A stretch of 64,000 bases of DNA from Mustelus asterias. Its lineage: Eukaryota. Positions 1 to 14,490 of the stretch are shown here, piece by piece. The notes beneath the pieces were generated by a model. The model was not told the DNA's origin, did no database searches, and saw only the letters and a program-made list of their open reading frames with translations. The translations under genes were made by a program, and so were the position numbers. The DNA lies in assembly GCF_964213995.1 (NCBI RefSeq), contig NC_135812.1:81282001-81346000 (forward strand). The letters run 5' to 3'. The first letter of the stretch is position 1, and every line of letters starts with the position of its first letter.

Positions 1-223
1 ATGCATTGTGGTATATTTGAAATTTTTAGCAGCTGTTGTATAAAATTAGCCTGGTCTGTCACATTGTCAGTTTTTTATCCCAGGAATTCTGGTTCTCTCA
101 TCCAAGGGTGAATCAGGTTCCACTTCTTCACATTTCCCCTTCCCAGGGCTCATTACCTTGGTTCAGCATGAGGAAGATGAGTAATGTTTGCAAATATATA
201 ATTGGTAAAGGGCCTGGAAAACA

Positions 224-547
224 AGAATCATAGAATCCTTACAGTGCAGAAGAAGGCCATTCAGCCCATCGAGCCTGCAATGACTCTCCGCTAAAGCCTA
301 CCCATGCCTACCCCCCACGTATTTACCCTGCTAGTCCCCCTAACCCTAACCCACCCTATTCCCGTAACCCCATATATTTACCTTGCTAATCCCCCTAACC
401 TACACATCTTTAGACACTTAAGGGGCAATTTAACACAGCCAATCTACCTAGCTTATACATCTTTGGAGTGTGGGAGGAAACTGGAGCACCCAGAGGAAAC
501 CCATGCAGACACAGGGAGAATGTGCAAACTCCACACAGTCACCCGAG
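224..547 (-). mobile_element. HE1-type V-SINE, 5' truncated
   Basis: V-domain (tgtgggaggaaactggagcacccagaggaaacccatgcagac) and CR1-like tail. Confidence 0.9.
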
Positions 548-2199
548 CACTGCTAATTACTGTGCCAATGTGCCACTCAAAATGAGAATTATGTAAGGAG
601 GTGGAGTGGGAAGACCAGTTATTTGCAAATTAATAAAGGAGAAAAGCATTTTGGTTCCTTTAAGTTCAGAATTTAGTTTTGATACATTAGATGAGCTACT
701 CTTGAAGTCATCTACTGATTTGTAAAAGTCAGTAAGGGATTTCCATAGAGGGAATATCATTCCTTTGATGGGATACTGAAGAAAATGACAGAAGTTACCA
801 TATCAATGGTTCACCTGCTACAGTATTGACTTTTGACTGGACCCAAAAGTAGTCTTCCTTGCTGTGATCCCAGCCAGTTGAGATGGATTGGATCAGTTAG
901 CTAGGGTACCAACTTCTTTTCACTCAGATATTTATTCTGATTTTTGTAAAATTGTGACCCACCTCACACAATTTGATAGCTCAGTTACAAATTTTCTGAT
1001 CTATTGTGAGATGTACAGAAGGTCAATACCTGAAGAACATGGGATTTTCACAGTAACTTCATCGCGGTGTTAATGTGACACTAATGAATAAATTGAGAAG
1101 TAAACTTGAACTTCTCTGTAGTGATTTCAAAACGTGAAAACGATGCAAACAATTTCTGATTATTTTTTATGTAATACTTTTCTTCATTTTAACAGCTTAA
1201 GATTTTTTTTGTTTATTGGTTTGCGATTTGAGAATTAACCATTCTGATGCACAATGCATAGGAAATGTACGTGTAATGACTTCAATCAAGCCATTGAGGT
1301 TGGCCTATTCTTAATTAAGGAATTAATTGATGGGCCATTCAGGGAGTCTTTTCCTTGTATTTAACTGGGAGTGTCAGTTCCTTTGGCACTCCTGAAGGTA
1401 GACTGACAGCACTCTGTTGTACAGCTGTTGGAATTGTAAATAAAGGGATTTTGGTGGAGGATTTCTACCTCTGAAGACTTACTACAGTACAATGCAAAAT
1501 AATTTGAATATCAGTGGGAGAATTAATTGGATTTCAAATTTTGATGATAGGCTGGAAGCAAATGGAACAATGTAAGCTGTTTTATGTGGCATCACTTCTT
1601 TAATGTTCAAATCTTTAATGTTATTTCTCAGGTCTCCCTCTTGCAAACATGAGAACGCAGCATTCAATATTCTCCTTTATTGTGCTGACTATGTTTTAAA
1701 ACTACGTGTGTACATTTTCATGAGGCTATTATGATTCAGTAATTTATTACCTCATTGAATTAACATATTCTCCCGCGGATGGCCTATTATTTAACCTTAA
1801 CAGACTGTTAAAGTGCTCTTTATAAAAGTCTCCTCTGTCGCCGACCGCACTGTTGGCTAATTATGAGAATTTCAAATAGTTTCCCAGTCCAATTAACTCT
1901 TCCAATGCTAATTTTTTAAATACGATACAGCACACATTTAAATACATCTCGAGTGCTTTTAAACCAGTTCCTAGCACAAGTATGCCCCACGTTGACGATT
2001 TTTTTTACTTCACTGACCTTCTTTACGTTTGCACGAACTGCAGAGGTTGCTGTCGAAAGCAAAGGCACCCAAGACAGAGAAAATATTATCAATGCACAGT
2101 AAGGTTCTGTAGAGATGCTGGATGTCAAAGCAAGATGGTTGGTCTTTGAATTTCAACTGAATAGTCCTGGTCTTGATGCAGCAAATCAATAAGAAATTT

Positions 2200-2765
2200 A
2201 GAAAGTTTTAAAACGCAAAATTTTAAACCATGAAATGGGCAGATAGATAGCAGATGAGGTTCAATACGGAGTTGTGTGAGGTGATTCATTTTGGTTGGAA
2301 AACATAGAATGCAAGGGCAAGGAGCTTTTACTGGATTATCGTGTCCAGTTCTGGGTAACACTCTATAGGAAGGATGTGACGTATTGGGAAGGATATAGAA
2401 GAGCTTTCCAGTTTGGACATTGTGGAGGGAGTGGGAGTGTGGGGAGTTGGACATTTGCGGGGGTCGGGGGTCGGTAGGGGGATGTTCAGATGTCTGGTAG
2501 GCTGTTGGCCATCGAGGGGGATGTTGGACATCTCTTTCTGGACTATTGCCATGCTCACCCTTACCTGAGAACTTCCGAGAGTGCTTCCGTAGACCATCTT
2601 TCGGGCACTCCCCCAAATCCAACATTGGCTCATAAATCCCTGGCTCCCCAATGTGCATGGCTGCAGGGGAATGACACTAAATCATAACGTTCATTTGGAG
2701 AACTTGTGCAGACTGGGTGAGTTGGATGGCCTTCTTCTGCACCAGAATAATTCTGTGACTCTGTG
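2200..2765 (+). mobile_element. Old CR1 3' remnant with a GC-rich insert
   Basis: Decayed CEVIHFG and LDYRVQFW..YRKD motifs; CR1-like tail. Confidence 0.65.
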
Positions 2766-4339
2766 AACATTATCAGTTGAAGCCTTAAAATATGAAGCTG
2801 CCAGGTACTGGGTCATATCACTGAAATCAATCCTAAAACCTGTACTGAATGTTTCTGAATAAACAATAGAATTATTTATTGATGTTGCAAAACTCCACTC
2901 CTGGCTTGGAGTACCACTCGATGAGAGTAGAGATCGGGGAAATGCCCTGGAGTTCGGCGTGCATAATACATTGGGGGGGGGTGTTGAGACAGGGGTTTGG
3001 GGGGGGGGGGTGAATGGAACCTCATTAGCATTGTAGTACTACGTAGTGGGCTTCCCTGCTCTAATATCTCATATATTAGATATTCCCCCCCCCCCCCACA
3101 CACACCACACACACACACCCATGGCGTTTACAACAGCAAACGAGGTTCTGGCAAGGAGAACCCACCAGAGATGCATTGGTAAGCACCGCCCCCATTGATG
3201 GAGAGGGTCATGCCTGGGCATTGCCCCTGCCGGGGGCAGTGCACAGGGAGAACCACCAGGGGACACTGCCAGGGCATGACCCTTTGTCTTATTTTATTAT
3301 GTTTAGATTTGGGCACCCTTTAAAAATAGCATCTGATCTCTTGAAGGCCAATATTGAAGGTGGTGGTGGAGGGGAGGGGAGGGAGGGGGGTGCTGGACTC
3401 ATTCAGAGCCTGCCCAGCCACTGTGATATCATGAGACCCACATCCAGGATTTATTTTGTAAAGTGTCAAAAGATATAGCGGGAAAAGCTGGCAGTGGAGC
3501 TGGCAGACTACAAATCACCTGAGTAGAGTCGAAGAAATGAAAAATTCCGCCCCCTCATGTACCCAATTCTCCAGCCACTAAAACCAATGGCTGGAAAATT
3601 GGAGCATTACAGATCAGGTGGGTTAATTTCTGTGTTTGATTCTCTGCCTTGCACTCCCATTAAGCAATGTTTTTGGCTGCAAGTGGAGTCTTAGTGTCGG
3701 ACCTTAAAATTAAGGAAACAGTGAAGAAATTGGTCTGTTGGAAGGGGCATAGTGGTCTAACCGAGTGACCTGCAAACCACTTGCTTCCATATTCACCTGA
3801 AAAATGCAGCAATAAACAGTTCAACAAGGAAATGGTACCACTGCTGACCCACACCGAACCCGTTTGTTATTTGTTATTTTGATTGCAGAATGAAGTGTCA
3901 CGTTGATTTTAAAGCTTCTGTCTGCAATTTCCTTTACGGGAGCAGGTAGACACTGGTCTAAAAACATATGTCAGCCGGCATTATATGGACAGTCACTGTG
4001 CATTAGAAGCCCCGATACTGTATCTGTATCATTAAAATGAGACAATAGAAGCTAAGTGCATCTGGAGAGAGACACTACATCAGTTTTTCTAACATAGATG
4101 TAATGTGATGTTACAAAGCATTCACATAAAAATAATGCAGGTAATTTGAAGAATAAGCCAATGTTAAGGTTTCATCTTGTTCATGTTTTCAGTCTGTTAT
4201 TGAAATGGCAATTGCTTTGCTGTGACTCCAAGCACAGCTGCATGTTTTCTGTTTTGCTTTCTGTCTCCAAATTCTTCCAATCTTTTTTGACCATTTTGCT
4301 CTTAGAACTCAATTTCTTCTTGATGTCCACTTGCTTACT

Positions 4340-4760
4340 CTGATATTCGTATCGAGAGTATACTAATGGCTCAGTGAAGTTGACACCTTCTCTCTTGCTA
4401 AAGCCTTCTGCCGCAATTGCCATGGTGACAATGTAGCCTTTACTGCCAAACCTCGCCTTGATCAGTCCACCTTGCCTGACACCTTCCCTGTTTTCAGAAC
4501 AGTTCACCTTGTTCCAACCCTCCCTCCCCATTTCTACTTCCTGAGGAATTTTCATGTCAGGTTTCTCAGCCTCTGCAAGAGAGCTTTCTTATCCTCTGTA
4601 TTTGCAATCCCCGATCTCAACTCACCCTGCACTCTCTCTGGCCTCATTCAACCTCTCAGCCCACATGAACACTTTTGCCCAAATTTACAGCCAATTCCTC
4701 GACCTTGCCACCTTGAGTGACTTTATCCTCATTGTCTCACAGACAAGGTCATATCTGTTT
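4340..4760 (+). mobile_element. Ancient L2-like endonuclease remnant
   Basis: Decayed motifs CRNCHGDNVAFTAK (cf. R.GGGVA), LNSPC and SFNLSAHMN...LDLA (cf. SFNLSLHVNSPTH..GHPLDL). Confidence 0.5.
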
Positions 4761-7385
4761 ATTGATGTCTTTTAGAAATCTGCTAAGTTGGGGGAGGATG
4801 AATATTGAATCAACATTTTTCCATCGTCGAGATGAGGTGCATTGGTATTCCAATATTCTGCAGCAGAATGCATTCTGTCTTCCCCACAACAGTGGTTTAG
4901 CTGAATCCTTCCGCCATATTGCCTGAAATTAAAGGTTACAAATTCCGATTATTGTATATTCCATTGGAAAGAGAAGAAAACAGTGCAAAACTAGAAAGAG
5001 CTGTTAAATTTTTTAAAAATCGTTCTGCAAAATCAAGTTTTATACTTGCAGTGTGATTCCAATAGACTCCCTTCGATTAAACACAACAGGCGGAATTCTG
5101 CCATCCCACTTGGATTTCCCGCCGAGAATCTAGCATGGGCCAAAAGGTCGAAAACACACTGGCATAAAGTCACAGTAATTCTCACACTGGCGGGTTGCTC
5201 TTCCCACTGGCTGGTGGTGTGAATGGCGTTTACATTCATTTGCATCTCGTGAATGCTGATTTAAAACAGCTGCCCGCTGACATCCCATCAATCTTCCAAG
5301 ATTGTGTCATGCCCGCAGGAAACTACGTTGGCGTCAAACCTGATTGCTAACGGGTGGCATGCACAAGGTGATCCTCAGTTTGGCAGAGACCCCAGGGTGA
5401 GGGCACGCTGTTTATATCTCTCTGCCACAGCAGACCAATTCCTGCCCTCCATCTCCACGCTGAGCTGGTCTTCACAGACAGCTATGTGCTGCTGGACCCA
5501 TGGACCCTCCTGTGTCACTGAGTGGCATCATTATTCCGCCTGGGGTTGTGGAGGACAGGGGTCTCCTTCCCCCCACCTCCCCCAAGGTGCCACACTAAAG
5601 TATCTATCTGGACAGGACTGTGCTGTGGACTCATGCAGCCACTGCAACAAAGGTCCAAAGATTGGTCTGAAGTTTGACCGGGTGCAAGATGAGGCCAGTG
5701 GGTGGGTTATGTGGCCGAATGAAGACAAGAGGGGGGAATGTGGAAGGAGGGCTGTGCAAGGAGGGGGTTAAGGACAAGGGATCATGATGGCACACAGAGG
5801 GACAAAGGGGTGGACGAGGATGATGAAAATTGGGAGGTAGAGGAAAGCCCGAGAGGGGGGAAGCTGGACCCCGACAAGGCTGCATGAAAAGCTTACAAAC
5901 GGGGGTCAAAGGAATTCCACATTGTTTACTGGAAGGGGGTGGATGAAGACTCCAGATGCATTGGGTAGAGGTCCAAGTGGGGCATGGGCACCTCACAGGA
6001 AATAGGCTCAGGAGAGAGGGTGCTTGAATCATGGAACAGACTTCTTCTTGAGGCTACTAGCCGTTTCCCTCTGCGTTGCTGACATCCTGCACTATTTGGG
6101 GAAGACAGATGGGCTGGAGAGAGTAATATGAGTGTACTGGACTGCTATTTAAATAGGACGGCCAGAATCTTATCACCATTCACGCCGGCAGGATTTTCCC
6201 ATTGCGCTGCGGTGAATGGAAATTTGGCTACCTACCAAACTGTCCGACCTCGTTGCAGTGGGGCATGAACGGCAGGTAAGAATACACACAGCATCTTCGA
6301 ACCTGCCAGCGGATGACGGATGAATCAGCTGTCGGCCCACCAGGTGACTTGGAGGAGAACCCACTTTTGCATAATTAATGAGGTTCCAGGCGCAGAATCT
6401 AGCGCTTGCATTCTGGTCGGGCATGACAAGTACCACTGAAGCTGCTCGCTACTGCAATTAGTCTCAAAGTGAAGAATTCTGCTCAATTTTTCGGGTAGTT
6501 TCCGATCCAACAGTTTCTAATATGTAAGTGTTATACCAAAGTTTAGAAAAATAGAACATTGGGATTACCAGACCATTCTGTTCACATGCAGAGATTCATT
6601 GCTAGGAAGCCAGAGATTTACTGTTGTACATGGCTACTAAATCATGCAGAGATTTACAATTGTTGATACTGAACGTAATTCAGGAAATTAAATATGACCT
6701 GAAAACCTAAGCAACATTTTATTTGTAATCCGATTAAGGACAAGTGGCCATTTTTGTCATTAAAGAAATATTCAACATAATTGACTGTCATTATGATAAA
6801 GTAGATGGGGAAACAATCTTATTTAAGATAAGGAAAAAGTTGTGATTAAATACGAAGTGACAAAAATCATACCTGACAAGTGAAAATTACACTTGTTTTC
6901 TATCATTTGATGTATTATTAACCACATTCACTCCATTTTCCTTTAGCACCATCAATTCCCTTGGAGAAGAATGTAAACATATGCACATAAATTACAAATT
7001 TGCTTCTCAATGCAGTTTTTTTTTGTCCTGTGTTGTGTCAAAATGAAATATTTAGTATTGCAGAAGTATGAATTATGGACAGGGATCAGAGAGAACTGAA
7101 ACCCCAATCCCCTGCCCTTTAACATCAATAAGGAAGGTGTGCAGGTTTCTCAGCCCCAGGGTGTGCGTGTCAATTGGAATTACCAGCAGCAAGCATTTTT
7201 AGGGTTTAAATAAAGATTATTATTTATTCACGCATTCACCATGAATGTCTAACATTACATTGTTCTCTTACTGTCTTCCACATACACTCTCTCACACAAG
7301 AGAAAATAGAGTGACAGAGGATGGCGCACTTTTACCAATTGCAAACAAATGAACAGTTTGTGGTTCATGTGTTTTTGGCTTGTGT

Positions 7386-7764
7386 TCATAGAATCATAGA
7401 AACCCTACAGTACAGAAAGAGGCCATTTGGCCCATCGAGTCTGCACCGACCACAATCCCACCCAGGCCCTACCCCCATATCCCTACACATTTACCCGCTA
7501 ATCCCTCTAATCTACAGGACACTAAGGGGCAATTTTAGCATTGCCAATCAACCTAACCCGCACATCTTTGGACTGTGGGAGGAAACCGGAGCACCCCCAC
7601 GCAGACACGAGGAGAATGTGCAAACTCCACACAGACAGTGACCCAAGCCGGGAATTGAACCCAGTTCCCTGGAGCTGTGAAGCAGCAGTGCTAACCACTG
7701 TGCTACCGTGCTGCCCCAACCACTGTGCTACCGTGCCGCCCCAACCACTGTGCTACCGTGCCGC
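7386..7764 (-). mobile_element. HE1-type V-SINE with a triplicated 5' end
   Basis: tRNA head, V-domain and tail; 25-nt unit x3 at 7693-7764. Confidence 0.93.
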
Positions 7765-8249
7765 GAAAACATGCATTGCAGAACTGGTGAATAAGGCATT
7801 TCACTCCTGAAATTGGTTTAAGTGGATGCAATAGCTGGATTTTTGTAGGATTGTCTCCAAAGAGATGGGTTATTCATTAAGTCATACAGTTAGTTATTTG
7901 TAGTCTTCTTAGCAGGAGGTCAGGTTTCTGGGTGGATGTCAAAAGGAATAGGCTGGGAGACTTTAAGATATGTAGTCTCCATGTTTGAAAAGGCAAAAGA
8001 TGTTGCTGGCTTATGTGCTGCTATCTCATTAGTTGTTCACAGATTGATTGATTGATTTCCCTCTGATTCTTAGAGTAAAAAAACTCCTGTGCGACAGTTT
8101 TGATCACATGATTTATACTTCTATTGTCCACCCAGATGTGGAAGCCTGAAGCCATTGCTACGCAGTGGGAAAATGGATAGGTTATTCACACCTGCTGATG
8201 ATGGACTGGGTTCTTTGTTCAAGCTTGGAGACAGTGGGTCTGGAAGACC

Positions 8250-9350
8250 ATTCATTTGAAGTTTTGGACAAGTCCAGACAATAAAAGGAGTGAATTCCAC
8301 AGATTTAATCTTGATATGGCCATTCAAAGGAATTCCTGCCCTCGGAATCCCTGCCGAAGGTGCAGGAGCCAGGAAGGGCAGCTCTGAGTTTGGACCCAGT
8401 GGTCTGACAACAGTGCCCAACAAGTCTCTAATGACCTCACAAGGTGATGAATGCCAGTAAATGCATCTTCATATTACATCTCCTACTCACCACATCACCA
8501 ACCTCATATGGTGCTCAAAACTCCACACCTCCTCACACACCTATTAGCACTTCATGGCATTCGGAACTTCTGTCTAACATCTGGATGCTCCACCTCACCC
8601 TCACACACTGCCAATGCTGCCAACCTCACACTGACCTCTCAGTTACTTCCACATACCTCCATCTATTCAGCTACAGCAGGCACACCTTTTGAACACATTT
8701 ACAGATGTTATGCCCTCTCTCTTGAAGTGGCACACAATGGAAGACAGCAAAGCAAGAATTGGTGGGGGCAACATCTCTTGAGCCCTGTAGAGAAGATGGT
8801 TCTCTGCATCATGGGGCTAGGAGTGATGGGATGCAATGCTGCTAAGAACATTGAGATGGATGACATGTTCCCCTGACTTGTGTCCTTCTGAGCTGCAAGC
8901 TCATCCTCATTCTGCTAACTGGCATGATGAGCAAATTGCAGGTTATGTGACAATGGACCTCTTGCTTGCCATTCCATTCCAGTCTTCCCCTTCTGAGTTG
9001 CTGCTTTCAGACACCCAGGAACTGTGAGCTGCCCAGTCCCAGCCCAGGGGGAGGAAAGAGCACAGCACAACACTAATGAAGAGGCTGCATCACTTGATCT
9101 GACACATGCAGCCACCAGATCAGATACTAGCATGCACATACCTTGGAGTCGAGTATGGAATCAGCAACAGATGGGAGAGCACTGAATGGGCACACATATA
9201 TGGAGATGCTGGGTGTATTGGCTGGCCTGTCCGTCTCCTGTCACTCTCAAGGAGCACGAAGGCATCTGGCTCTGACTTGGCAGAAAGTATGAATACAGCT
9301 GCCACAACCTGCTCCATCTCCATTCCCGCAGCACTATTATTCTTGTAGAA
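8250..9350 (+). pseudogene. Decayed Harbinger Myb/SANT-like (MSANTD/NAIF1-type) accessory gene
   Basis: *QQC..(frameshift)NDLTR near 8405-8445, then VAHNGRQQSK..GG..LLSPVEKMVLCIMG. Confidence 0.6.
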
Positions 9351-9404
9351 GTGTTACAGAGATAGAGGTCAACAATGAGGAGGGCACATGAAGAGTAGCA
9401 CAAG

Positions 9405-12011
9405 TTGGTACAAACCATCCTATGTGAGGAATCTCTGTGGGTGGAGGTTCGCAACAGGAAGGGGTCAATAACTTTACTGGGTGTATCCTATAGGCCGCCC
9501 AATAGTAGCAGGGATGTGGAGGAGCAGATTGGGAAGCAGATCCTGGAGAGATGTGATAATAACAGAGTGGTCGTGATGGGAAATTTTAATTTCCCAAATA
9601 TCGATTGGAATATCCCTAGGGTAAGGGGTTTAGATAGGGAGGAGTTTGTTAGGTGTGTTCAGGAGGGCTTCCTGACACAGTATGTGGATAAGCCTACAAG
9701 AGGAGAGGCTGTACTTGATTTGGTATTAGGGAATGAACCTGGGCAGGTGTCAGATCTCAGTGGGAGAGCATTTTGGGGATAGTGATCATAACTCTATCTC
9801 CTTTACATTAGCATTGGAGAGAGATAGGATCAGTCAAGCTAGGAAAGTGTTTATTTGGAGTAAGCACAATTATGAGGCTATTAGGCAAGAAATTAGAGGC
9901 ATAAATTGGAAGAAGGTTTTCTCAGGGAAATGTACAGAAGAAATGTGGCAAATTTTCAAGGAAAATTTGTCTGGAGCTCTGCACAGCAACCTTCCAATGA
10001 GACAGGGGAGTTTTGGTAGGTTACAGGAACCATGGTGCACGAAAGCTGTAATGAATTTAGTCAAGAAGAAAAGAAAAGCCTACAAAAGGTTCAGGGAGCT
10101 AGGTAATGTTAGAAATCTAGAAGAGTATACGACTAGTAGGAAGGAACTTAAGAGGGAAATTAGAAGAGCAAGAAGGGGTCATGAGAAGGCCTTGGCAGAC
10201 AGGATAAAGGAAAACCCCAAGGCATTCTACAAGTATGTTAAGAGCAAGAAGATAAGATGTGAAGGAGTAGGACCTATCAAATGTGATGGTGGGAAAGTCT
10301 GTATAGAACCGGTAGAAATAGCAGAGGTACTCGATGAATACTTTACTTCAGTATTCACAGTGGAAAAGGATCTTGGTAGTTGCAGTGCAGACTTGCAGTG
10401 GACTGAGAAGATTGAGCATGTGGACATTAGGAAAGAGGATGTGTTGGAGCTTTTGAAAAGATAAATCGCCGGGACCGGATGGGATGTACCCCAGGTTACT
10501 GTGGGAGGCAAGGGAAGAGATTGCTGAGCCTCTGGCGATGATCTTTGCGTCATCAATGGAGACGGGAGAGGTTCCGGAAGATTGGAGGATTGCGGATGTG
10601 GTTCCGTTATTCAAGAAAGGGAGAAGAGATAGCCCGGGAAATTATAGACCAATGAGTCTAACCTCAGTGGTTGGTAACTTGATGGAGAAGATCCTGAGAG
10701 GCAGGATTTATGAACATCTGGAGAGGAATAGTATGATCAGAAATAGCCAGCACGGCTTTGTCCCAGGCAGATCATGCCTTGCAAGCCTAATTGAATTTTT
10801 TGAAGATGTAACTAGACACATAGACGAAGAAAGAGCGGTAGATGTAGTTTATATGGATTTCAGCAAGGCGTTTGATAAGGTGCCCCATGCAAGGCTTATT
10901 GAGAAAGTGGAAGGGGCATGGGATACAAGGGGACATTGCCTTGTGGATTCAGAACTGGCTTGCCCACAGAAGGCAAAGAGTGGTTGGAGATGGGTCTTTT
11001 TCAGCATGGAGGTCGGTCACTAGTGGAGTGCCCCAGGGATCTGTTCTGGGACCCTTGCTCTTTGTGATTTTTATAAATGATCTGGATGAGGAAGTGGAAG
11101 GATGGGTTGGCAAGTTTGCTGATGACACAAAGGTTGGTGGTGTTGTGGATAGTGTAGAGGGATGTCAGCAGTTGCAACGAGACATAGATAAGATGCAAGA
11201 CTGGGTGGAGAAGTGGCAGATGGACTTCAACCCAGATAAGTGTGTGGTGGTTAATTTTGGCAGGTCGAATAGGATGAAAGAATATAATGTTAAGGGTAAG
11301 TATTAAGGGCAGTGTGGAAGATCAGAAGGATCTTGGGGTCCGGGTTCAAAGGACGTTCAAAGCAGCGTCGCAGGTAGAGGCTGTGGTTAAGAAGGCGTAT
11401 GGAATACTGGCCTTCATCAATAGAGGAATTGAGTTTAGAAATCGGGAAATAATGCTGCAGCTGTATAGGACCCTGGTCAGACCCCGCTTGGAGTACTGTG
11501 CCCAGTTCTGGTTGCCTCATTACAGAAAGGATGTGGAAGCCATAGAAAGGGTGCAGAGGAGATTTACAAGGATGTTGCCTGGATTAAGTGGTACCCCTTA
11601 TGAGGATAGGTTGAGAGAGCTAGGTCTTTCCTCCTTGGAGAAGCGAAGGATGAGAGGTGACCTGATAGAGGTGTATAAGATGTTGAGAGGTATTGATAGA
11701 GTGGATTCTCAGAGGCTTTTACCCAGGGCTGAAATGGTTGTCACAAGAGGTCACAGGTTTAGGGTGCTGGGGAGTAGGTACAGAGGAGATGATCAGGGTA
11801 AGTTTTTCACTCAGAGGGTGGTGGGTGTGTGAAATCGGCTGCCGGTAGTGGTAGTGGAGGTGGATTCGATAGGGTCTTTTAAGAGACTTTTGAATAAGTT
11901 CATGGAAGTTAGTAAGATAGTGTTATAGGTAAGCCTAGTAGGTACGGACATGTTCGGCACAACTTGTGGGCCGAAGGGCCTGTTTGTGCTGTAGCTTTTC
12001 TATGTTCTATG
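9405..12011 (+). mobile_element. 5'-truncated CR1 LINE with a frameshifted EN-RT
   Basis: Overlapping ORFs carry [20 protein letters not shown] and FADD; tail ttctatgttctatg. Confidence 0.96.
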
Positions 12012-12919
12012 AGGTAATTTTTCATCCTGGACTGCACATGCACAGTGAAACATGGTAACCCAGAAGTTGCTGTCCATGGTTTTAAGCCTCCTTATAGGTG
12101 CATTGCAATCAAATAGAAATGACTGAACTGATGAAGACTTGCCCTTTTGCACCTTTTATATTTGTTGTAAAAACCCTCAAAAAAGTTGCTCCTAATTCAA
12201 TGGGGTTTTGACAACATAAGTTCAGAATTATAACTGAATAGCCTCTCTGGCCCTGAAACACTAACACGTTACATGTTTCCATTTTGATGAATTTATATAT
12301 TTTTGAAGTAAAAAATATTTAAAGAAGTTTGGAGCTGATATTTCATCCTATATATAATCCAATCATTTATTAATGTTATCATTGTTCACGCTGGTGGGAT
12401 TTTCCCATCCTGCTGCAGTGAATGGAGATTTGGCTGGGTGCCAAATTCCCCGACCTCGCTGCAGCGGGAGCGTGGCATGAACGGCCCGTAAGATCATGCC
12501 CAAAGAATTCAGAGCATTTGATTTTGTGGTTTGCTGTCTGTGAGTATGCTTCAATGTAACTGATTGCTTACTCGACTTGACAGTATCCCTGGTGCTGAAT
12601 GGTTGGAGACCATATTCAAACTGAGGTCATGGCCTTACCAATCTATGCTACAGATTGCTAAAAATTTGTGGTCACCTTTCTTCAAGTTCAGCAGAGAGTG
12701 CCTTCAAATGAAAATCTGGCCATTATAGCTTGTCTACTTCTACTTGCTGCAGGAACCAGATTTGTGCACTTATTAAACTCTCACCTATTAGAGTAGATAT
12801 TTTCTGTGCATTCCACTTGAACAGTGTCATCACTTTTGTACTGGAACTTGCACATCCTGGCTTAGGGGAGGGTACATGACCATTTTAATTTTTTTCCTCA
12901 TCCAAATCTGAAAACTCAC

Positions 12920-14160
12920 AAATTTGATTGAGTTTTTTTGAAGGGGTAACCAAGAACGTAGATGAGGCAGTGCAGTTGATGTTGTTTACATGGACTTTGG
13001 CAAGGCCTTTGACAAGGTACCACATGGTAAATTGTTGCATGAGGTTAAATCTTGTGAGATCCAGGGTGAGATAGCTAATTGGAAACAAAATTGGCTTGAT
13101 GATGGACAGAGGGCGTTTGTTGAGGGTTGTTTTTCAAACTGGAGGCCTGTGACCAGTGGTGTGCCTCAGGGATCGGTGCTGGGTCCACTGTTATTTGTTA
13201 TTTATATTAATGATTTGGATGAGAATTTAGGAGGCATGGTTAGTAAGTTTGCAGATTACATCAAGATTGGCAATTATAGTGGACACTGAAAAAGGTTATC
13301 TCAGAGTGCAACGGGACCTTGATTAATTGGGCCAGTGGGTTGATGAATGGCAGATGGAGTTTAATTTAGACAATGCAAAGTGATGCATTTTGGTAAATCG
13401 AACCAGGGCAGGACTTACTCAGCTAATGGTAGGGCATTGGGGAGAGTTATGGAGCAAAGAGATCGAAGGGTTCAGGTTCAGGTTCATAGCTCTTTGAAAA
13501 TGGAGTCACAGGTGGATAGAGTGGTGAAGAAGGCATTCGGCATGCTTGGTTTCATTGGTTAGAACATTAAATACAGGAGTTGGGATGTCTTGTTGAAGTT
13601 GTACAAGACTTTGGTAAGGCCATACTTGGAATACTGTGTACAGTTGTGGTCACCCTATTATAGAATATTAATAAACCAGAAAAAGTGCAGAAAAGATTTA
13701 ATAAGATTATACCAGGACTTGATGATTTGAGTTATAAGGAGAAGCTGGATAGACTGGGACTTTTTTCCCTGGAGTGTAGGAGACTTAGGGGTGATCTTAT
13801 AGATATCAATAAAATTAATGAGGGGCATAAATCAGCTGGATAATCAACATCCTTTCCCAAAGGTAAGTGAGTCTAAAACTAGAGAGCATAGATTAAGGTG
13901 AGAGGACAGAGATACAAAAGGGTTCAGTGGGGCAATTTTTTCACAGAAGGTGGTGAGCATCTGGAACGAGCTGCCAGAGATAGTAATAGAGGCGGGTACA
14001 ATTTTGTCTTTTAAAAAGCATTTAGAAGGTTCCATGGGTATAGAGGGATACGGGCCAAACTCGGGCAATTGGGACTAGCTTAGTGGTTTAAAAAAAAGGT
14101 GGCATGGACGAGTTGGCAGAAGGGCCTGTTTCAATGCTGTAAACCTCTATGACCTCTATA
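12920..14160 (+). mobile_element. CR1 LINE 3' fragment
   Basis: [21 protein letters not shown] and FADY motifs; CR1 3' tail. Confidence 0.93.
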
Positions 14161-14490
14161 ACTAGCATAAAACCTCCCGACGTAGGGAAGGTTTAATTAC
14201 ATTATTTTATTTTGTGATTGGAGCATGAATATTGCTTCTATTTCACTCTGCAGGCAAGATCTTCCAGTGGTTCATGCCATTGGGATCTTCTGCAGGGTTT
14301 CCCAATGCCATGGAATAGATTCTGTCCAAAATCTCATTGACAGCAGTGGAACCAGAAGATCCCGCCAATGGCGGTCCGCCTCCCAGTGCCGAGAAATGTG
14401 CCACAGGGAGGCCCAAGAATCTCGCCCTACATCTCCTCTTTTCACTTTAGGATTTTTCCTTTATTTAAAGCATAGATATAGAAAGTTTTA

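Noticed and set aside
4181-4555. 124-aa Lys-rich minus-strand ORF
   Set aside because: Largely antisense to a decayed L2-like endonuclease remnant; no recognisable protein.
7693-7764. CRISPR-like repeat array
   Set aside because: There are no spacers; it is a tandem copy of a SINE 5' end in a eukaryote.
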